A DNA stretch of 24,000 bases, from NCBI GenBank assembly GCA_015661745.1, contig DQVL01000094.1, positions 9,769-33,768 on the forward strand, in the 5' to 3' direction. The position numbers and the translations under genes were made by a program. The notes below the pieces were generated by a model. That model made no database searches and was not told the origin of the DNA. It was given only the letters and a program-made list of their open reading frames with translations. Positions 18,124-24,000 of the stretch are shown here, one piece after another. The first letter of the stretch is position 1; each line of letters begins with the position of its first letter. Origin of the DNA: Thermoprotei archaeon (GTDB taxonomy: Archaea; Thermoproteota; Nitrososphaeria; Geothermarchaeales; JDFR-13).

Positions 18124-18621
18124 GACTTTGAAAAATGGGGGATTACTACCCGCATTAAAGATATAGTAATCATTTATAACTGGTAATAATTTTAGTATAT
18201 CCATACTTTTTTCAATAAGATCAATATCATCAATATAATACAGAACTATTACATCGAGGTTTTTATCTACTTCAGTATCTTTAAGAAGACTGAGAAAGAA
18301 TATATAGTCATAATCAAGACCCCTCCCTGGTATAGCATCCGGACAATCAGTTACAAATAAGAATGTATCTCTATATTTATCCATTGCCTTAATATCGAGA
18401 ATAAAGTGAATAATATCATCCGGATCAATCGGTTTAAATATTTCTAAAGACTGACAGTAGTTAGAGAGAAAGCTCAATTCTTCTATAATACTTTCCGGAG
18501 TAACAACACTAAAAACATCTAATATTATGATTTTATTTTTCTTTTGATTACTCGAGTACTGAAGAAAAGAAGTTAATATTTTTAGTGGTTCAACATGAGT
18601 ATTTATAAATATAATATCCAT
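18088..18621 (-). CDS. Hypothetical 177-aa protein with an alternating beta/alpha (Rossmann-like) pattern, no nucleotide-binding motif seen
   Basis: The ATG at 18621 lies 14 nt after the XPD-like stop, and GGTG (complement of 18626-18629) lies 4 nt upstream of it. Hydrophobic strands (IIFINT, KIIILDVF, TFLFVTD, DVIVLYYIDD) alternate with helices. No Walker A motif. Confidence 0.6.
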   Translation of the reverse strand: MDIIFINTHVEPLKILTSFLQYSSNQKKNKIIILDVFSVVTPESIIEELSFLSNYCQSLEIFKPIDPDDIIHFILDIKAMDKYRDTFLFVTDCPDAIPGRGLDYDYIFFLSLLKDTEVDKNLDVIVLYYIDDIDLIEKSMDILKLLPVINDYYIFNAGSNPPFFKVSPYESNPDVKE

Positions 18622-18635
18622 TTTACACCATCAAG

Positions 18636-20435
18636 TTATATAGATTCAACAATTGATATTTTACTATTCTTTATCAATTTCCTAAACCATACTGGAGTAA
18701 CTGGACTGTTTAAGTACTTCAAAATCCTTTTCTCTAATATATATAGATTCAACTCAGCTCTTCGACTAATAATCCTCCCTATAGACTGAACAAAATAGAT
18801 CATTGCGGGTAAGATATATCCGTATATAAATAATTCATTTGATTTGATACCAAAAAATTCTGATAATAGTGAGTCTTTTAATGGATCGGTAGGCTGTATA
18901 GAGAGGCCGTAGATCACTACATTAAAAGCCTTGTTTGTAGTTCTGAATATATTTATACCCTCTGAATAACGTCCCCGTTGGTTCATAACAAGTATGCTTG
19001 GTTTTTCTTCATTCAAGAAGTTTTCGATGTCACTTGGATTAGAATCTATAAAAATTCCTATATCTGATAAATCCCCTGTCAACAAACTTTCCTTAATTAA
19101 AGAATACATAACCTCTTTAATATCCAATGATGGAACAAAAAGTATAGTTGAAATACCTGTTTTTCTGGTAATTTTTATCGAAAAATCTGATATAAAATAA
19201 AAAGAATCTGGTGTCCGATTTACATATCGGCTTGTAACATACCTACTGACGTATATATTGATTTTAGCGGATGATAATGAGTTATATAAATATGGTTCTG
19301 AATATTTTCTGAATTTTTTCTTTATTCCAAGACTCTTCAATACACGGCTAAAGAATTTGTAGGGAGATAGAGTTGCTGACGCAATAATAGTTGAATATGA
19401 TGAATTTAAAAAATTCCTAAAAAATGTAAACTTTGGTAACAGATAAATTTTTATATATTCATCTTCATCAACTACGTGAAAAATAGAATCTAGATCCAGG
19501 TTAACTAATTTAACAACAGTATTTTTCTCTGGATTATCAGATTCTGATCCACTATTTAAGGATATATCGTTTATAATTAAAGAGTCGACATAGTGTTCAA
19601 TAAATTTCTCCTTCATCTTTTTTAAAAGTAAAATAATATATTCCTTACTTAGGTTACTATCAACACCAATTCCATTTTTAAAAACATTTTCAGATAGAAG
19701 GGTTCTATCTATTTCTAACACTCTTGAAAGTCTAATTAGAGCTTCTTTATCAAACCTGATCAAGTTTGATTCTATGAAATGGTCAACTAGGTTATGACCC
19801 TCATCGATAAAAACACAGTACTTAAATATATTATCTTTTCTAGGTAGCAATCCATTTAACAGATAATGATATGTTGATAAAATGATTTCCGACTCTTGCC
19901 CTATTCTTCTAAGGCTATAATATGGACAAATGCCATTATCTATAAAAAACTCAATAATATCCTCTACGCGCGATTTATCTGTTTGAGAAAAAATCTTTTC
20001 CAACCTTATGGCACCCTTATTATTTAACATCTTCCTATAATCGGGACAACGAATACCGTTTCCTAAATATTTGCAGAATAAGTAACTAATTTCATTATTA
20101 TATATATCTCCATAAGGACATGCAAGATCCTTACCAACTAAAACTGATATCTTTGGATAAATATCTAACGAAAAAGCAATTCTTACAAGTCTCTCCAAGT
20201 ATTCATTTATTTGAGTATAAGTCCTACAAAATATGTAGGACCTAAGACTAGCTGTTATAGGGTATAAAAAGGCTAATATGGATATTAGCAACGATTTTCC
20301 TGATCCGGTCGGCCACTCAATAAAGTGAATTCCTGGTTTACCCATCATATAAAAATACTTTAAAACTAAATCATTATCCACACCATATTGTTTTGACAAC
20401 TTATAAGTATACTTATTAACGGCTCCACTTATCAT
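18636..20435 (-). CDS. XPD/Rad3-family superfamily-2 (SF2) helicase with a putative 4-Cys Fe-S domain
   Basis: Motif I WPTGSGKS, motif Ia CRTYTQ, four cysteines between Ia and II (C106, C121, C130, C170, the last in GICPYY), motif II DEGHN, motif V QRGRYSEGIN and motif VI QSIGRIISR. 599 aa. Confidence 0.8.
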   Translation of the reverse strand: MISGAVNKYTYKLSKQYGVDNDLVLKYFYMMGKPGIHFIEWPTGSGKSLLISILAFLYPITASLRSYIFCRTYTQINEYLERLVRIAFSLDIYPKISVLVGKDLACPYGDIYNNEISYLFCKYLGNGIRCPDYRKMLNNKGAIRLEKIFSQTDKSRVEDIIEFFIDNGICPYYSLRRIGQESEIILSTYHYLLNGLLPRKDNIFKYCVFIDEGHNLVDHFIESNLIRFDKEALIRLSRVLEIDRTLLSENVFKNGIGVDSNLSKEYIILLLKKMKEKFIEHYVDSLIINDISLNSGSESDNPEKNTVVKLVNLDLDSIFHVVDEDEYIKIYLLPKFTFFRNFLNSSYSTIIASATLSPYKFFSRVLKSLGIKKKFRKYSEPYLYNSLSSAKINIYVSRYVTSRYVNRTPDSFYFISDFSIKITRKTGISTILFVPSLDIKEVMYSLIKESLLTGDLSDIGIFIDSNPSDIENFLNEEKPSILVMNQRGRYSEGINIFRTTNKAFNVVIYGLSIQPTDPLKDSLLSEFFGIKSNELFIYGYILPAMIYFVQSIGRIISRRAELNLYILEKRILKYLNSPVTPVWFRKLIKNSKISIVESI

Positions 20436-20552
20436 TCCATATATCTATAGTTAAAAAATATAATAACGGATGATTATCCAGTGAAAGTATTATATACGGG
20501 AACGATGAATCATTATATTCTTAAGAATATGTTAATATTTCTTTAAAGTAGA

Positions 20553-22796
20553 ATGAAATATTTTGAACATGCATTATTAAAAGAGAACAGTATAGAATAT
20601 AGAGAATATCAAGATAAGATTTCGGAAAAGGTATTAAAACACAACACACTTGTGGTTCTTCCTACTGGTACTGGTAAAACTATAATTGCGTTGCTTACAT
20701 CAGTTAAATGGTTGGGGAAAAATATGGATGCAAAAATATATTTTTTGGCACCTACCAGACCACTAGTAAATCAACATTTCAACTTATTCAGAAAATATTT
20801 AAGACAGGATACTTTATCATTGGCTGTATTGACAGGTGTAAACAAACCAAATTCGAGACAGTTATTATGGAAAAATAGAATAATTTTTGCAACTCCTCAG
20901 CTTATGTATAATGATTTAGTTAGAGAATATGTAAATGTAAAAAGCAACGATTTAATAATTTTGGATGAAGCTCACCGTGCAGTTGGGGAGCATTCTTATG
21001 TAAAGATAATCAAATTACTAGATACACGGAACATACACCCAAGAATATTAGCATTGACAGCATCACCAGGTGGAACAGATAAAACTTTAACAATAATGAA
21101 AAATTTAAAATTAAAAAATATTGAGATACATACACATGAAGACCCCATAATATCTAGATATTTTCATGGATATACGGTATCTCCAATTTTTGTAACTATT
21201 GACCCTGTTCATAAACATATGATAAAATTGTTACTGTCTACATTAGATAATTATATTGACCGTATAAACTCTATTATACAAAAATTTGGATATAAGATAT
21301 CCAAAAGTAGACTGTCGTATACATACTTAAAGGGGATGAAGGATGAGATCATAGAAACACATTATTCTGTAGTTAAAGACAATGAACTGAAAATAATTAA
21401 GAAGCTATTCTATGAAATAATATATCTGGAAAGGATTTTAACATATCTCGAAACATACACATATAAAACAGCTAAAAAACTTTTAGATGAAATCTTTGGG
21501 TCAGACACGAAAATAAAACGAAGGGGGTTATCTCTTTATTATAACAGAGAACTAAGAGAAGTATACCATCTACTTTCAAGGGCCCTTGATAAGAAGGTTT
21601 TTAATAAGAAAACAGAGAAGCTTTTGGAAATAATTAAAAAACGAGATTTCACTAAAGCATTGATATTTACAAGTTTAAAGGATAATGCTGTTGAACTATA
21701 TGAAATAATAAAAGGTAGAGATCACAAAGTGGGGATATTAATTGGCCAGACAAGGGGTAAAGGAGTAATCGGAATGAAACAAGTTCAACAGTTAAAAACT
21801 TTAGATGATTTTAATAAAGGAGTTACTCGTATTTTAATAGCTACTCATGTTGGAGAAGAGGGATTAGATATTTCTGAGGTTGACTTAGTTATATTTTTTG
21901 ATAATCCTATAAGCGCAATTAGAAGAATACAGAGAATGGGGAGGACAGGTAGAAGAAAAAAAGGTAGAGTTTTATTTCTAATAAATAAAGATACTAGAGA
22001 AGAGGTAAAATATTATGTAAGTACAAAGAAATACAAGAAGCTTATATCGGAATTAAAGGAGCTTAAGAACATATTAGAAGAAGAATCTAGTAAAAAATCA
22101 TTGGAAGACTACATATCTGTTAATATTGGCTTCGAAAATAGGGATTTTGGAGAGGGATATATAGTATACATAGATGCCCGGGAAAAATCCTCAATTATAA
22201 ATATTCTGAGTACAAGGGGCATTCCAGTAAAAATTGAAAATTTAGATGTAGGCGATTTTATAGTAGGTGACTACATAATAGAAAGAAAGACGGTACATGA
22301 CCTAGCTAAGTCTATATTCGATGGCAGAATATTTTCTCAGTTAAAGTCACTCTCTAACATAGGAAAGGGGAAATTGATCTTTTTAATAGAAGGGAAAAAA
22401 ATTGATTTCTTAAAATATTCAACGTTAAAAGCATTTCTAGGTGTAGTTTACACAATCATTTTTGACTTCAATATTCCTATCTACTTCTCTGAAAATGAAG
22501 AAGAGACAGCAGAATTAATTAGTTATCTCTATTTTAAATCCGTTGAAAGAAAAAAGAAAACTGAGAGAGTAAGATATGAAAAGAAACCCAGGGATATCCA
22601 TGAAATTCAAAAACATGTTTTATCTGGCATCCCCGGAATAGATAATAAACTAGCAGAAAGATTACTAGAAAGGTTTGGAAGTCTAAAAAACATCGCTAAC
22701 GCTACACCAACTAGATTAATGGAAGTAAAAGGTGTAGGAAACGAACTAGCGATGAGGATATATAAGGTATTTAACTATATTGAAAAGAAATCATAG
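20553..22796 (+). CDS. hef: Hef: fused SF2 helicase plus XPF/Mus81-family nuclease plus HhH2
   Basis: Helicase motifs: PTGTGKT, DEAH (ILDEAHRA), TASPG and QRMGRTGR. Nuclease motifs: IDAREK and GDFIVGDYIIERKTVHDL (ERKxxxD). C-terminal tandem helix-hairpin-helix: IPGIDNKLAERLLERFGSL..VKGVGNELA. 747 aa. Confidence 0.9.
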   Translation: MKYFEHALLKENSIEYREYQDKISEKVLKHNTLVVLPTGTGKTIIALLTSVKWLGKNMDAKIYFLAPTRPLVNQHFNLFRKYLRQDTLSLAVLTGVNKPNSRQLLWKNRIIFATPQLMYNDLVREYVNVKSNDLIILDEAHRAVGEHSYVKIIKLLDTRNIHPRILALTASPGGTDKTLTIMKNLKLKNIEIHTHEDPIISRYFHGYTVSPIFVTIDPVHKHMIKLLLSTLDNYIDRINSIIQKFGYKISKSRLSYTYLKGMKDEIIETHYSVVKDNELKIIKKLFYEIIYLERILTYLETYTYKTAKKLLDEIFGSDTKIKRRGLSLYYNRELREVYHLLSRALDKKVFNKKTEKLLEIIKKRDFTKALIFTSLKDNAVELYEIIKGRDHKVGILIGQTRGKGVIGMKQVQQLKTLDDFNKGVTRILIATHVGEEGLDISEVDLVIFFDNPISAIRRIQRMGRTGRRKKGRVLFLINKDTREEVKYYVSTKKYKKLISELKELKNILEEESSKKSLEDYISVNIGFENRDFGEGYIVYIDAREKSSIINILSTRGIPVKIENLDVGDFIVGDYIIERKTVHDLAKSIFDGRIFSQLKSLSNIGKGKLIFLIEGKKIDFLKYSTLKAFLGVVYTIIFDFNIPIYFSENEEETAELISYLYFKSVERKKKTERVRYEKKPRDIHEIQKHVLSGIPGIDNKLAERLLERFGSLKNIANATPTRLMEVKGVGNELAMRIYKVFNYIEKKS

Positions 22797-23120
22797 CTAT
22801 AAGTCTTTCAACTCTTTTAAAAGCTTTATATAAATCTCAATACTCCTAACTATCTCTTCATCCAATACATCTTTGTCTTTTATCATCAAACTTAATGACC
22901 TTATCACTTTTTCTCTCAATTCATTTTTAATATTTTCTTCTAAAAACTTTAGATATTCCTTTATATCCTCCGCTATTTTAATTTCTCTATTACATATTCC
23001 ACAAAAATATTTTGTACCTTTTTTCAAAAGAGGTGTAAGACAAATAGGACATTCTATATCTGTAAGAGACCAACCTTGTTTAATATAACCACTCAATATA
23101 GATTCTTCTTTACTAGTCAT
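22797..23120 (-). CDS. UPF0148 / autoantigen-p27-like zinc-ribbon protein
   Basis: 107 aa. YIKQGWSLTDIECPICLTPLLKKGTKYFCGICN matches the remembered family pattern (..M.. CP.CG.PLf...g..fCp.C), followed by a helical charged tail. Confidence 0.65.
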   Translation of the reverse strand: MTSKEESILSGYIKQGWSLTDIECPICLTPLLKKGTKYFCGICNREIKIAEDIKEYLKFLEENIKNELREKVIRSLSLMIKDKDVLDEEIVRSIEIYIKLLKELKDL

Positions 23121-23187
23121 CTCCTACCCAGTAAAATAAATAAATGATTAGAGAACATTAAAACTATATGGAATTTTTAATTCCTAT

Positions 23188-23196
23188 AGGAGGTGA
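23188..23196 (+). promoter_or_regulatory. Shine-Dalgarno sequence AGGAGGTGA
   Basis: This is a 9-nt match to the complement of the canonical archaeal 16S 3' end. It lies 7 nt upstream of ATG 23204, which argues for 23204 rather than 23168 as the start. Confidence 0.6.
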
Positions 23197-23203
23197 CTTT
23201 CAA

Positions 23204-23482
23204 ATGCCAAGAAAAATGAGTAAAGAAGAGATAACTGAGAAATTTGAAAATGCTAAAGAAATTCTTGAAAAAATAGTGAATAACAGACAGATTCCACGTA
23301 ATATAAGAAGACTAGCTGAAGAAACCATAAATTTATTGGATGATCAATCCTTATCACCTGCTGCGAGGGCAGCCAGCGCTATACAAAACATTGAAAATAT
23401 GGCATATGATCCAAACATGCCTATATTCGCTAGAATGTGGGTATGGCGATGTGTTGCAATTCTTGAACCAATACGCGACTAA
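23204..23482 (+). CDS. UPF0147-family protein (small helical, conserved in archaea)
   Basis: IPRNIRRLAEETINLL..LSPAARAASAI..DPNMP..AR..VW matches the remembered UPF0147/COG1698 pattern. The start was chosen from the SD at 23188-23196. Confidence 0.7.
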   Translation: MPRKMSKEEITEKFENAKEILEKIVNNRQIPRNIRRLAEETINLLDDQSLSPAARAASAIQNIENMAYDPNMPIFARMWVWRCVAILEPIRD

Positions 23483-23484
23483 AT

Positions 23485-23497
23485 TATTTTTAATATT
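23485..23497 (+). promoter_or_regulatory. TATA-like element upstream of the tRNA-Leu/tRNA-Ser pair
   Basis: ttatttttaatat is centred about 25 nt upstream of the tRNA-Leu 5' end, the expected archaeal TATA-to-TSS distance. The region is AT-rich throughout, so specificity is low. Confidence 0.3.
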
Positions 23498-23515
23498 GAC
23501 AACTACAGAATTCTG

Positions 23516-23601
23516 GGAGGGGTTCCCCTAGCCTGGCCAACGGGGGCAGGTTCAGGCCCTGCTGGCTTAGGCCTTCGTGGGTTCAAATCCCACCCCCTCC
23601 A
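23516..23601 (+). tRNA. tRNA-Leu (anticodon CAG), class II with a long variable arm, no intron, no encoded CCA
   Basis: Acceptor GGAGGGG/CCCCTCC, anticodon arm GCAGG-TTCAGGC-CCTGC, variable arm TGGCTTAGGCCTTC, T arm GTGGG-TTCAAAT-CCCAC, discriminator A. The D region appears to carry one extra nt before the AGCC..GG motif, so exact numbering there is uncertain. Confidence 0.88.
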
Positions 23602-23641
23602 TAAGTTATGAGCCGGGATGCCCGAGCGGCCTAAGGGGTCG

Positions 23642-23656
23642 AGGAAAACCGCCCAG
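23642..23656 (+). other. tRNA-Ser intron 1 (aggaaaaccgcccag), non-canonical position 29/30
   Basis: BHB-like structure. The 4-bp helix GGGT (23636-39)/GCCC (23651-54) is flanked by the 3-nt bulges CG|A and AG|G, with an inner GG/CC pair closing an AAAA loop. The boundary can slide by 1 nt (23641-23655) because G is repeated. Confidence 0.6.
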
Positions 23657-23664
23657 GCCTCGAG

Positions 23665-23679
23665 ATCCCTCATCGGGTT
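23665..23679 (+). other. tRNA-Ser intron 2 (atccctcatcgggtt), canonical position 37/38
   Basis: BHB structure. The anticodon stem is the outer helix. The 4-bp helix CTCG (23659-62)/CGGG (23674-77, one G-U pair) is flanked by the 3-nt bulges AG|A and TT|A. The boundary can slide by 1 nt because A is repeated. Confidence 0.65.
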
Positions 23680-23749
23680 AGCCGATGGGGCTATGCTCCG
23701 CGTGGGTTCGAATCCCACTCCCGGCGTCACAATAAAAAAGGTAGATAAA

Positions 23750-24000
23750 ATGAATATTGATAGATTCATCAAATTAGCGAATAACTATGGATTTATATTA
23801 TCATATAGAGCCACAAAATTTCTAGAAGAAAATATCAGTAGAATAGACGAAAAAGACTTTATCATGTTTCTAAAGCAACATGACAAAATAATAGTAGAAA
23901 AGGAAGATATTGAAAATCTAATTAAACAAAAAATGGGGGAAGAAGAGACCTCTTTAGTAGATATTAAAGAAAATATTGAAATAATTTACAACCCATCCAA
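23750..24000 (+). CDS. Probable DNA polymerase II (PolD) small subunit DP1, N-terminal fragment; runs off the window
   Basis: The frame is open from ATG 23750 to the window end (83 codons, checked by hand). The N-terminus IDRFIKLANNYGFILSYRATKFLEE resembles the DP1 N-terminal domain pattern (..G[YF].I.P.A...L). The later ..IEIIYNPS resembles the DP1 'evl.dpt' segment. It is not in the ORF track because it has no stop. Confidence 0.5.
   Translation, partial: MNIDRFIKLANNYGFILSYRATKFLEENISRIDEKDFIMFLKQHDKIIVEKEDIENLIKQKMGEEETSLVDIKENIEIIYNPS

Larger units (their letters stand above)
23612..23726 (+). tRNA. tRNA-Ser (anticodon CGA), class II, 115-nt gene containing two 15-nt introns
   Basis: Acceptor GCCGGGA/TCCCGGC, D arm CCC-GAGCGGCCTAA-GGG, G26. 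After both introns are removed the anticodon arm is TCGGC-CTCGAGA-GCCGA. Variable arm TGGGGCTATGCTCCGC, T arm GTGGG-TTCGAAT-CCCAC, discriminator G. The mature length would be 85 nt. Confidence 0.8.

Noticed and set aside
1102-22999. Antisense or out-of-frame shadow ORFs from the track: 1102-1293, 2221-2406, 2822-3067, 3449-3721, 4684-4875, 7238-7618, 9512-9769, 9801-10085, 11881-12216, 14199-14456, 15925-16233, 16716-16934, 17380-17568, 18595-18789, 18994-19200, 22873-23088
   Set aside because: Each is nested in, or largely overlaps, a longer ORF carrying clear family motifs (17380-17568 also runs on into the zinc-ribbon ORF). Their translations are low-complexity (S/L/F/I-rich), as expected for the wrong frame of AT-rich coding DNA. 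None has a start context or a recognisable motif.
23634-23670. Long alternative hairpin in tRNA-Ser (AGGGG 23634-38/TCCCT 23666-70 stacked on TCGAGG 23639-44/CCTCGA 23658-63), suggesting one 20-nt intron at 31/32
   Set aside because: Using AGGGG as the anticodon stem removes the only G-run able to pair with the D-stem CCC. It also leaves 31 nt for the variable region. The two-intron model keeps every arm canonical and gives the expected 85-nt length. The hairpin may still exist as a pre-tRNA conformer.
23503-23772. 89-aa minus-strand ORF (..GVGFEPTRS..NPRRPKPAGPEP..), plus the overlapping plus-strand ORF 23340..23531
   Set aside because: The minus-strand ORF lies exactly antisense to the tRNA-Leu and tRNA-Ser genes. 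Its odd P/G/R-rich composition simply reflects translated GC-rich tRNA sequence. ORF 23340..23531 is an out-of-frame shadow of the UPF0147 gene that runs into the tRNA.
1-24000. CRISPR arrays, transposases or integrases, tRNA-flanked integrated elements, rRNA or other large structured RNAs
   Set aside because: I saw no spaced direct repeats. No second copy of any tRNA 3' half is present that would mark an att site. The only GC-rich islands are the four tRNAs, and no ORF has integrase or transposase motifs.

Overview
This is an AT-rich, gene-dense chromosomal window from an archaeon. G+C looks like roughly 30% by eye (not computed), and the GC-rich tRNAs suggest a thermophile. I support about 29 protein-coding genes and 4 tRNA genes, nearly all core housekeeping. 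They include a phosphohexomutase 3' end, ThiL-like kinase, NucS/EndoMS, an Sm-like protein, archaeal SAM synthetase, Rio2 kinase and a RadB/KaiC-like ATPase. Also present are an NEMF/RqcH homologue, PurA, a PurM-superfamily protein, UppS, a DUF373 membrane protein, a coiled-coil protein and a GPN-loop GTPase. The rest are a gcvT-gcvH-glyA operon, an XPD/Rad3-like helicase, full-length Hef, UPF0148, UPF0147 and the 5' end of a probable PolD small subunit. I found no CRISPR array, transposase, integrase, long repeat or recognisable defence island, so I do not claim a novel multi-gene system here. The most unusual sequence-level observation is a tRNA-Ser(CGA) gene that only folds into a cloverleaf if two 15-nt introns are removed, at 29/30 and 37/38; both are flanked by bulge-helix-bulge-like structure. 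Secondary leads are an orphan 177-aa gene coupled by a Shine-Dalgarno (SD) motif to the XPD-like helicase, which is transcribed divergently from Hef. Others are a 57-aa zinc-ribbon ORF missing from the ORF track, a zinc-ribbon/GPN-GTPase coupled pair, a DUF373-uppS pair, and a PolD gene starting 23 nt after a tRNA pair. All family calls come from motif recognition by eye, with no database search.
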